DNA of 64,000 nucleotides from Chrysomallon squamiferum. Taxonomy: Eukaryota > Animalia > Mollusca. Positions 23,579 to 35,400 of this stretch are shown in pieces. The notes beneath the pieces were generated by a model that saw only the letters and a list, made by a program, of their open reading frames with translations, had not been told where the DNA came from and ran no database searches. Made by a program: the position numbers and the translations under genes. How positions within the stretch are numbered: the stretch's first letter is position 1; each line of letters opens with the position of its first letter. Where the stretch lies: NCBI GenBank assembly GCA_012295275.1, contig CM022675.1, positions 16,740,001 through 16,804,000 on the forward strand. The letters are read 5' to 3'.

Positions 23579-26500
23579 ATGTCGAATCAGAAGGTTGAGA
23601 AACCCTCACTGTCAGGCACCCGTCTGAAAACACGTAAAAGGGGTGAGCAGCCATTTTGTGTTTTTGTGTTGTCATTTACTGGAATCTTGACAAGTACCTG
23701 CTGTATTGTTTAGTAATATACCCTTCTAAACATTAATTTGTCAACAGTTGAGAAAATGAATTTTTTAACGAACAGCAAATTTGTTAATTATGGCATTTCA
23801 TGACTGGTTTCTAATATAATATGAAATATTCTTTTTGATGGCAAATTTCTGAATGTATTAATGTGTAACATAGCTTTCCTTGTTTGAAGTATCCTGCAAG
23901 TTAATAATAAACTGGATACTTACTGATTAACTTCACATTTCTATGTATTCTTTTTTGTTCAATTGTTTAGATGAAAAAGAAAAATACGACCCTTTGTCGT
24001 TCCGAGATACTCTTGTCCATGGCCTCAACGAAACAGAGTGCGATCTAGAGAAGGTATGTTTTTAAAAAAAATTGTATATATATATATTTTTTTTGATGTA
24101 TTTCTATTTTTTTATTATTAAAATACTAGTTTTATGTTGGCTGTATTGATTCTCCACTTGTTTGGAAACTACATGAGAAACCAATTTTTAGCATTTTCTA
24201 AATTGTTTGAATATGAATATAATAAGGTAAATTGATCTGATATAAATTTGTGCTGAGGAGGTTCTAACCATTTGTTCAGGTAAATTGATGCATAACATTA
24301 AAAGAAAAGGGAAACTTTGATTTGATCAGTATGGTTTATTTTAAATACTGTTGTAGGTTTCAAAGTACTTGGACACTTCTAGTTCCCGACTTAATTATAG
24401 ACGTTACGCAGAAGTTCTCTTTGACGTTCTCATTGCTGGTGGATATCTAGGTGAGTCTTCAGTTTTCTTTTTATTGTTGTACATTGCTATTTGCTTTCAG
24501 AATGATCTCTAAACTGCTGTATAAAATGCCATTTCATCAGTTTAGTTTTATGGTTATTAATTTTTTGTTTCAGCTCCTGGAGGCAGCATTGTTCAGGATC
24601 CTGAACCGACGAAAATCTGCAAATCAAACATCTGTGTGTTTGCATTAGAGGAAAACAAAGAAAAGCTCAAGTCATTTTATGAAGTAAGCTGAAACAAATT
24701 TTGGAATTCTTAAACAGCTTTTAAATGTGATGTATCATATTACTGTCCTTAGTCTTATTTCTTTGTTACAGATACTTCAAACAGTTTTATACTTTGCTCA
24801 TTGAATATTTATATTGTAAATTTTTGTGTTGGGTGTACATTACTTCCAAGATAGTTTTTTATATTTTTGAGATTGTTTTAACAGGTGCTCTACAAGCTCA
24901 TTCGGCGCTACAAGTACCTGGAGAAACCATTTGAAGATAATCTGAAGAAGATTCTTGTCTTCTTGAAGGGTTACAATGAAAATGAGAGGCGCAAGCTGGC
25001 TATCATCACGGGCATCATTCTGTCCCAGAATTTGTGCACTGCCAAAGTCCTGGCCAGTCTGTTTGAGGAACACCTCATTAAAGAAGGTATGGATCACTGA
25101 TTCTTGTTAATTTCATTTAGAATATTTCACTTTAGTGTTTAGATTCAGACCACTCTGTTCTAAGTAGATGTGTGATTATATTCCATGGTAACTAATGCAT
25201 TTTTGCATAGCCACAAATAGTTTCAATTTTCGAAAAGTTATAAATACTGACTTTTTCCTTTGTATCACATCACTTTTGCACCATCGTAACAATCAATATT
25301 AGATTATAGCTGATGGATAGCCAATAGTGTCCTAGTTAAGCATTACAATGAAGAACAACATTATACAGTGAATATTCCTATTTCTCTTAGACTAGGCACC
25401 AACAGCTTAGCCGATATAATTGGTCAAAGCTGTTGAAAGTTCAGATTTTGTCCATTTTCCTCAATTCCCAGATTCCTTCTGTAAATCCTACCATAAAAAA
25501 CAAATACATGTAACTAAAGATCTTTATATGCTCTTTTAAATTGCGTTGTTCTTGTTGTATGTTAAATCAGTTCTATGTATGAGAATGTTAAACGCAGTGG
25601 GGATAAATGCACTTCAGCACCCATGGTCAGCAATTAACAGCATGGAGTTAAAAGTCCTAAAATGGGGTCACTCTACAAATGCCTGGCTTGTTTTTGCCAA
25701 AATGGCTTCAATGTTATTTATAGAAAGCTAGGAGGTTCAAAGTTCAATCTTTCTAACCATGTGCATGTCGTCACTGGCAATGGCTTATATCAAAAGTTGT
25801 CAAATCACAGCAAGTCAAGCTAAGAAAATTCTTTTATGTTTGCTTCAAAAGACACTTGTAACACCTGTCTTTCATTGCCTCTAGTCTCATGATTACATAC
25901 ATTTTATTGTCCCTAATTAATACCTGCATCCCCTTTCTGGAGTTGACTCCAAGGATTAGCTGAGTTTATGTATTGCAAAAGATTATGGTTAAACATCAAA
26001 TGCTTGTAGACCGTTTAAGTAACATTTATATATACATGATATATACACATCACTGTATCTCAACTTATTACTATCATTTATTTAATAGTGAAAATTGAAG
26101 CTGCTTATGTAAATAAAGTTGTGCTGTTCTATATAAATTGAAAAGGTAATTTATTTTTATGGGCTTGTCTTTTTTATTTAAAATGTTAGATTCAAGTATG
26201 TCATTTGAAAGAGCTTGATAAATTGTTCACAACACAGGTTGAATTTGTCAAATAAGACCAAAACTGAAACCACTGAAACTGGACTTTTAGTCATTCTGCT
26301 GTGTCATTTTGAAGATTTTGGCATGTTTAGCATGTTACTGTGAACACACATACAAACATATAGGTCTGAACAAAATTGAGCTCATTTAGCAAGTTGGTCC
26401 CATCACTCTCGTTGATGTCTTTTGTGTCAGTTACTTTTCAAACTACAGTTGGCCAAAGTAGCCCTTTCTGCTAATTAGCCAAAATAGGGCTGAAAACCAA

Positions 26501-29361
26501 CCAAATACCTGTCATACCGATTTGCATATGTCTTCTTAACTGCTGGAGATAGTCATAATTTTTTGTATGTTTTCATTCTTTTTGCTACACCTTTCATTAT
26601 GTGCTAGTTTTTTGGCATATTATGTGAAATTAAAGTCAGAAAACAAATTGCCTGCTGGTACCTACTCGACTGACAGGATTATTAATCTTTTCACTACCTG
26701 GGGAAACTGGGTTATAAATGACTTTTACATTTTAGTAACCTTGATGGATTTAAATTTTTATTTATACTTAATCTGAATCCAGGCATTAAAGAATATGTAT
26801 ATTAATAAATTTGCAGGTCTTTCACTTGAGTTTGCCACCTTAATGTTCCGCACCTGGCTGGAAGAAAAGGACATTGCTAGTGTCTGGCAGGCACTAAAGA
26901 AATCTCAGATTGATTCGCGATTGTTGGTCAGTATTGATTTTTTTTATCCACCAGGCTTTTATTTGCGTTTTACACACATCCAAATCATGTTAACATTCAA
27001 TCAAGCTTCATATCATTTTTTTCTTTATAAATTGATCAACTAAATGAAAATGTCATTACTGCCTTAGAGACATATTTTCAGTTAGGATTATTTATTAGTT
27101 GTTTGAATTTGATTTTATAGGAGCTGTTTCCATCAAACAAGCGAAATCTGGAGACTTTCAGCAAATATTTCCACGATGCAGGCTTGGCCTCAATAGCAGA
27201 AATGCAGGTTTGGAATTAGTTTTACCATTGTTCAGTCTAAATGGCCACATTGACTTTTTAGGGAAAATTGTTTGATTTATCAGAATGTTAAAATTTTGCA
27301 GTATCTTTTTCTTATTTGACAGGTGATGAGTTAAAGAATTTAGGGAATTACAATTGAAAAAAGAAAACCATTGTAGTATTTATTTTTTTAATGTTTTTGT
27401 ACAAATAAATGTTTTCATTGTGATATAAAGTTAATGGATACATGTGTATATTTACAACTATTTCTCACCACAGTTCTTTGATGAGTTAATATTTTGTTTT
27501 TTCAGTCAAAGCAGGTTGCCTCAGTGGTGAAGAAAACTTTGCAGTCTGATCTAGCGGATATGTTGAAAGAGGATAAGCCAGCTGAAGAAGTAAGATTGTA
27601 CATGCATGCAACACAACTTACACAATAGCATTTAAAACAAAATCCATTTCTAGTTCTTGTATTATCATTCAGTCATCAACAATATCTATGCTCAAAAACA
27701 TTAACTTGAATATAAAGTCAAATATGTAGATTTTTAAATTTAAATAGATTATGTTAAATGTTTTGTTGTTGTTTGTTTACCTGTTCCTGTCTCTACATCA
27801 TTAATACTGTCAGATTAAATCTGTAAAACCAGTAACATAAAATCAGACTTATTGCTGTGGAGACCAGAATTAGAAAATTCATTGCAATAAAAAAAACATT
27901 AAACCCCACAGTTTTAGCATTCCTCAAAGTTGTTGTGAAAAATGCATATCTGCTGTCATTTCAGTAGTTTTCTGTTACAAAAATTAGAATTAATGGATTT
28001 TTTGCAGTTATTTTATTTCATTTTTGTTTCGTTTAGGTCAGTGAATTTGTGTTGGAGCAGATGGAGAAATACGGTATCCCTGAACATGAAGTGGCAATTC
28101 TAGTGAGTTAACTTTATTTTAAATACATCTTGATTTTTCATATAAAGGTTCCTGCAGGCCCAGTATTAAATAAAAACTTACACTTACATAATTCCTTTTA
28201 AAATGACTATTGCACTAATAATTTATACATTTAAATTTTTTCGTTTGCTGTTTATTTTTTTTTTTTTTACACTTCTTGACACAGTTGATCATTTTATTTT
28301 TCTGGACAGATCTGGAACAACCTAATGGAAGCCATTGAGTGGAACAAGAAAGAGGAGCTTGTCACAGAGCAGGCAATGAAGCATCTCAAGCTGTACATCC
28401 CACTGCTGGTTGCCGTGGTGAAAAGCAACAAGTCGGAGATGTCACTGATGCTTCGCATTCAGGAATATTGTTATGAGAACATGAACTTCCTGAAGTCATT
28501 TCAGAAGATTGTCATTCTTCTCTACAAGAGTGAGTAGACTGGAATCATTTAGTTTTTTTTAAATCTAAGCAGTCTGTCCTATTACTTTTAATAAAGCATG
28601 TAGGAACAAATATATTTAGTGTTAATCTTTGAAGAACAAAAAAAACAAATAAACAGTGCTGTTATTGCACATTTTGCATAAGTTAACTTTCAGAACACTT
28701 ACAGATGTTATCACTAGGCAACAAGTTTTACCAGCATAAGATTGAATATTACTGTGAGAACAGGTGGAGTGATAATTCTACATGCACTTGTACATGATCC
28801 ATTCTGAAAATAGCATGAGGAAACACCCCCAATCCAACCATACTCCGGAGTGATGACTTTTCAAGAAAGAACACATTTCCAAACATAGTAAATTAAAAAA
28901 AAAAATTACATAAAAGAGCAGATTGAAAAAATATGAACTTCCTATTTGATAAGTGTTTAGTTTTGACAAGTTCCTTAGAAAAAGTACAAGTACTGTTTTA
29001 TGAAATGCAAACAATAATACAATGACTTTTTTTTTTTCACTGTTTGATTTTCAGCTAATGTGTTGTCTGAAGATACAATTCTCAACTGGTACAAGAAAAG
29101 TCATTCTCCAAAAGGGAAGAGTGTCTTCCTTGAGCAAATGAAAAAGTTTGTGGAGTGGTTGGAGAATGCTGAAGAAGGTAATTTAATTGTTTGAAATTCA
29201 GTTACTGTCTTTAAATTATCCTGTTCATTTATAAATATAAAATCTTTCTTGATGCATTCTTTCCTGAAAGATTAAACTGAATATAGCATTGTAAATGAGT
29301 TCATATTAAATAAAGTTTTTCTCATTTTTATATTTCAGAATCGGAAGAGGATGATAATTAA
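23579..29361 (+). CDS. BZW: Basic leucine zipper and W2 domain protein (eIF5-mimic protein, BZW1/BZW2 co-ortholog), 421 aa, 12 coding exons
   Basis: Exons 23579-23642, 23971-24053, 24357-24450, 24574-24683, 24885-25086, 26817-26926, 27121-27207, 27506-27589, 28037-28102, 28310-28529, 29055-29177 and 29339-29361 join in frame (1266 nt). Motifs: [60 protein letters not shown], and the W2 aromatic/acidic box [16 protein letters not shown]. Confidence 0.97.
25327..26592 (+). ncRNA. Candidate intronic structured RNA or box H/ACA snoRNA cluster in BZW intron 25087-26816
   Basis: Several hand-found stems: 25327-25399, 25400-25435, 25682-25732, 25776-25879, 26224-26346 and 26448-26501. Some are followed by ACA-NNN. 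No family or target was identified. Confidence 0.35.
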
Positions 29362-32300
29362 GTAGCTATGCATTAAGATCTCAATCCCACTCAACACATA
29401 CCAATCAGGAATACCTTGACGTCCACATCTCTGTCTGTACATCACAGGCTGACCTTCAACGTTTGTGATTTTAACATTTTTTGACTTTGAGAAAATAAAT
29501 TTGTACAAATACTATCAAAAGTAAGAAAACAAAATTGTGCATTTAGAAAATGTTTTAGGGAAAATGTGTTGATGAAATAGTCAGTGTTTTGATTATATGT
29601 GTGATGTCTTTGAGATCTAATATTTTCATATTTTTACTTTATTCATCATATTAGAATCTGTATACATTCAAATTTGTATTCCTTGGATAGCCTGTTTTTT
29701 TTGCCCCTTCACTGCTCATTTTCAGTGTCTTTATTTTATCACTGTCATATGATTTGAGGCCAAGCTGAAAACTTAACGTTTTTTGAAATATTAAAAATAA
29801 TATTTATCATTTTTTTTTTTACATTTAAATGAATAAACTTGCCTTTGTTCTAACAGATTTATTGGTCATTAGAAAGACTATATTGTCACGTTTTGGTGCA
29901 GTTGTTATATTTTTTATTTTATTATTTTATTTAAAAAAAATTGTTTAACCTTTAAACTGGACATTTCAGCAAAACAAAATACCCACCTTCAGTTAGTTTC
30001 ACATTTGAATTAATGTTGAAAATATTTTAATGTTTAATCAAAATATTGGTCACAGATTCTGATATTAAAAGAAAACTTGTTCATTATAGACTAAAACTGA
30101 TTTGTGGGGTTTTGTTTTTCTTTTAGATTAAGAATTGAAAATGTGTTTTATTCATTTTATTTTTTTTTAATATTTTCCCCCTCCCATGCTAATTAGTATT
30201 TGTAGAATATCAAATGTGGTAACTAACATTTTAAAATGTAGATTTGTTTCTTGCTTGTACTGATTTTCTCTTTAATAAACATTATTTTAAGCACTGTCTT
30301 ATGCTACATACAAGTTTGAAGACCACAAGCTGTTAAATAGTCTGTAAATTGGGCTTTATCAACCTGTCATATAAAGTTTGCATCTGTAATGTTTAAATGT
30401 TTTCTATTAGTGTGTACACCATCATAATTTGGGAGATATGTTAAAATCAGAACATCATGTTTTGTATATGACCCAGTTAAATTTATTTAAGATGTCTTAT
30501 TACAAAGAACTGGGAAGACAATTAATATCTTTAAAAAATTATTTTGTTAGACTTTTCTTAAATCAAGCAAGTTTAAATGAATTTCTATATTGGAGCATGA
30601 CCATCATGACATTTTTTTAAAGACTTGTTTATTTTTTGTTATATATTTATCAACAACCCTCCCCCAACATTATAGATCATTAAAAAAATTAAATGTGTAG
30701 GTTTTGAGTTAATGCACACAGGTACCTCAAAGGTAAATTTATTGAAATTAAATTGAATTGAGCATTGCAAATGAATTCATATTAAATAAAATAAAAAATT
30801 AAATTGAAAGATTTGCATCTAAGGTATTAATACACGTTTTGTGAACTAGTAATATCAATGTGTAAAACAGATATATATTAATAGGTGTATGTCACAAGAA
30901 GACATGATAAATTATTTTATTTTGAATTATCTAGAACTCATTTTTTCATTATATAAATGAATATAACAAGTCATTGCTGATTATTTTTTGTTTTAACAGT
31001 ATCTTATCCTCACAATAAAATAAAATGGTTTCTTTTGATATTATCCAAAACCATTTGTATTTCACATTTTATAACCTCTTGTGCAGCTGATGCATTATCG
31101 CAGTCCTGAATTTCACCAGACGATCAGTATTTTCCTTCCACTTTGTATCCATTTCACACTATCCACTCTTTTATATATATAAAAAATAATTGAAAAAAAA
31201 AAAAAAGATGAAAAAAAATCTGATTGAGAAATGAAATAATGTGAATAAAGAAAAATTTGGTGTTAATGGTGTGTTTTTCGTTTTTAATTATAATTTACAG
31301 CTTTTAGAATCTGTGTTCGTTTGCAGGTAATTATCGAGCACGGGCATTTTAAAAATGTTTCACACCTTCCTTTCAACATTTCTACGAACATGTAGTAACA
31401 TGTACTGCAGCATTGTCATTTTATATCTAATTCTGAATGAGTGGTGCCGCGTGTTTAAGATGTTTCAGTTGGGCCGTTTCCCGTTCAAGTCGGCTTGCGT
31501 AATGGACATGGTATTTGCCCTCACGTGGCAGGTGTGTATGAAATGCCCATAGCTGTTTACCTAAAGAGCTGAGTACATCATTGGAGGTTACCTTTTCCTG
31601 ACATATCCATAGATTAAAAACGTTTATATGATGAGCAGGAGAATAAATATTTTTATTCTTCGTGTTCACTTGAACAGTATTGGATTTATAAACGTTCCAA
31701 GAAAGAAAGAACAAATTACACAATGGAAATCTCAAAATAAATAAATAAATAATAAATAGCATTAATAATAAAGATGCAAGTATTTAAAAATATATAAACT
31801 GATATTTGCTGTGAAACGATAATAAGACAAGAAATGAAGATTGCTACAAAAATTTAAAAAAATGAATTTATTATTCATGTGTTTTATCGATCTTTAGAAA
31901 TATATCCGAGTTTCAGTTCGAAATTTATGAATATTTTATAACAAAATAACTCTGAAAGGTTAAAACTAACTTGACAGACGACACGAGAAGAAAATAGTTA
32001 ACATTTGGTAGTGATCGGAAAGACGTGTGTTCACAAATAAAAACAAAATTATTTTGCTTCCTTAACTAAATGTTGGAGCAACGAATATACAACTTGTAAG
32101 TATACCCGTTAATATTTATAAAATATCTTATAATAGTTCATGGCCGTAACTACTCTTTTTTACAAATGTTTTTATATTCAAATGTTTTATTCAATTATTC
32201 TCCTTCTTTTTATGTTGGAATGTTCCAACCAGTTTCTACAACTTGTTACGTTATTGATTTGAAGTACTTGAAGTGAAGATAAAAAAAAAGTAGAAGAAAT

Positions 32301-32405
32301 AATAGTAATGAAAAGAGGCATGTACTCAATTGTAATGTTATGAAAATGATTAAAATGTCTTGAGAAAGAAAATGTATTTATTTAACATTAGTTTTTAGAA
32401 GTGAA

Positions 32406-35400
32406 ATGAACGACAACATGAAGTTTACGTTGGTAATATTTGTCGTAATGCTTGTCACAAAGATTCATATTGGCGGTAAGTAGTTCTGGATATTTTTTAA
32501 TTTCATTTTCTGTTGTAATTGTTAACATAGTTACAGAATTCTTTTGAAGATGAAATACAGATGATAATAAAGGCTCTTCTTAATTGTTATTTTGTTGCTG
32601 CTGATGCTGTTGTTAGTGGTCGCGTTGTGGTAATATTAGTAGTATTTTAAATCATAAGTACTTACATAATAAACAACCTTTTATTAACATCGATTTAAAT
32701 ATAAATAATTACCATCTTTAACTATAATAATGTTGTGTTTGTTACAATGCAAGGGAAAACAAAACGTGGATTTGATTGTAGATCCCATCTCATGAAATCA
32801 CGTGTTATTATATAATAATAATAAGTATCTTTTTTGAAGTTTATTTATTATATATTTTATGTTGTTGTTTTATAGTGTTTTGGGGTTTTTTTACTTGCTT
32901 TTTTCCAGTCAGTAACACGACTGATAAAGGAAAAAGATGCAAATGCAACTCAGATATGCATTTCTCGTCAAAGGGATGTAAATGTGACTCAAAAAAAGAA
33001 TATTCTTTCTCTCAGAAATTAACAGAATTGATGTCACCGACAGTGTCATGGAGAGGTCATCTAAAACCAACATTACTTGCATTCATTTCAAAAGGATCCC
33101 GAGATTCTAATACGTCTGGCAGCCTTAACACTTTACACAGATACGAAACTAAAGCTACCGAAAAACGTTTTAGTAAATTTTTAGAGGAAGTAAATAACAA
33201 TATATTTAAAATAAAAAATATGAAATACTGGTACGGGAAGAGTGACAGTTCTGTTTCCATTGGACGGAATTTAGTAAAACGAATTCTTTCTAGAGGGATG
33301 CATTCTGTTTCTAAACGTTCTGTATCACAAGCAGTCGACCGGACCAGCAAAGCTCCAGTAACGTTAGTCGACATATTTTCTAATACTCAATCTGCATTAA
33401 ATGATCAATTGCCCATGTCTGTTACTCCTTCACAGAAACACAGTAAATTTGTTTCTGGACCGAATGAAAATGCATCGTTTACAAATTTGGTGGTAAGTAA
33501 TTCCGTGGATGATAAAACTGTTGAGAGTAATTTGACAAAAATGCAGTTCGATGGATCTTTTACTTTCCCTGCTGAGTTCAAAGTTGATTTTGGTGCTGGC
33601 AGTTTGTTTTCAAATAGCGAAACAAACCAGAAATCGTTAGCTGATGCTCATTTAACCAGTACCGAATTCGTGAACCAAGGTTTACATACATCAACAAACT
33701 ATCCATTTACAAATACAGCTACAGTTTTGCCAAGGAGCAGTCCATTTCGTAACTCATTTTCTGAATCACAGCAAACAGTTTATGGTTCTACTTCAGAAAC
33801 TCCAAAGACTTTGATGTCGACTAACGATGCGTTGTTCACTTTCTTTAGAGAAATAGACGTTGATCATCATCTTGGCAATTTGTTTCCCAGTCAAGAAGAA
33901 GACAATAAACGTGGAAGTTTCATTGCACATGCTACAACATTACTTAACGTTTTACTCACAAGAGTAAAAACAACTGAATCCACAACTTCGTCTGAAGCCA
34001 AACATTCATCCATTATACAGGAAGCTATATTTCGGAACCAAACGTCAAGGATACATATGACATCTTCTGCACTATTTTATACTACGCAGATTATAGGAAA
34101 CTCCTTAGCAACAGAGGGAAGAAGTGTGGATCAACAGATGACCTTAAATGTGGATCATCAAAACAAATTCCATTTTGACAGAGGAAATGATGAGGGAATA
34201 ACAGGTACTAGCACCCAAACATTTAATGGTGTTCAGATAGGCGGTTTGTCATCAATAACACCTAATGAAAATATTCCTACATATTCTTCTTCTGTATTAG
34301 ATGAATTCAAAGAAAAATTAACATTACCATGGAATGACATTATAAACGAAGGAAAGCGTGGATCAAGCACCAGTGGACCTGTTTTAAATAAACCAGAACC
34401 AGATATATCAAACTCAAGAAACCCGTCCAAACTAATAATTCTTCCAGGTCAAGAAAGGCATGACGATGTAGATCGTGTAAATACAAGACAAAAGGGGCAT
34501 AGCGACACCACCACTTCTAAAATGACTTCTACAAAGACCGTAGTTACTCAAAAGCAAAGTGATGTCTCTAAAATGACAACCACAGACAAGTTCAGTTTGT
34601 TTGATAAGGATGTTTCTAACTGGTTGAAAAATATGGCGCCTCCCAAACCAGAGGCTGGCATTTCAGAATCAAATAATGTTACCAAGACAACAGTAAACAA
34701 GACAACACGAAATAATATGTTCATTCGAAACACCATTAGAGGTTTGTCAGTTTATGACTATAATTTTTTTAGCACTATCATCACTACCACTATTACTATT
34801 ATTTTTACGACTACTGCAGCTACTGCTACTACTGCTACTATTACTACTATTGCTGACCTTACAAATTCTGCTGTTACTTCTGCTGCTGCTACTGCTACTG
34901 CTACACTCACTACTGCTATACTACAATTAGTACTATTAATTCCAACAGCTGCACAAACATGGTTTCAGCTATAATTATGTTTAATATTGTGTATATGGCT
35001 TTGTGTCTCATTTCATAGACGCTTGTTCCTTTGATATAATTTCTATTGTAGTTAAAACAGAAGCTGCTGCCATCATTGATGTCGTTCTACAAGTTCTCTG
35101 TGGCTGCCTCTCGGGTGTCGTGTTAAGTTTCGGCATTGTACTCTTTTGTAAATACAAAAGGTGATACATGCATTTCTTACTCTTTCTCTCATTTTGGTTG
35201 ACTTATTTTTTGGGTTATATAACTATATATTTATGCTCATACTTACATTTTGCATATTTACTCATTTACTTTAATTAGGGGAAAGGAAACAAAATTCAGT
35301 ATGATATGTTTAGCACAATATATATATATAGATTATCATATATATATATATAGATTATCATATATATATATAGATTATCATATATATAAACATTCTGTGA

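Noticed and set aside
25372-25380. ATATTCCTA, identical to the U17/snR30 m1 motif
   Set aside because: There is no AAACCAT m2 motif in the required hairpin position, and a 9-mer is expected by chance in AT-rich DNA.
26516-26526. ACCGATTTGCA, complementary to a conserved 28S rRNA segment
   Set aside because: There is no adjacent D box, the geometry does not fit an H/ACA pocket, and an 11-nt match is within chance expectation.
25087-26816. Telomerase RNA hypothesis for the structured intron
   Set aside because: No template of about 1.5 TTAGGG repeats (CTAACCCTAA-like) was found.
31330-31620. GC-richer island and 111-aa minus-strand ORF between BZW and the orphan gene
   Set aside because: There is no splice-consistent model or motif. 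It may be regulatory or UTR sequence, but nothing supports a call.
34742-34974. Hydrophobic T/A-rich C-terminus of the 699-aa ORF as a TM or GPI signal
   Set aside because: It is trinucleotide-repeat sequence downstream of a donor at 34742, so it is most likely intron read-through. An intron-retained isoform is not excluded.
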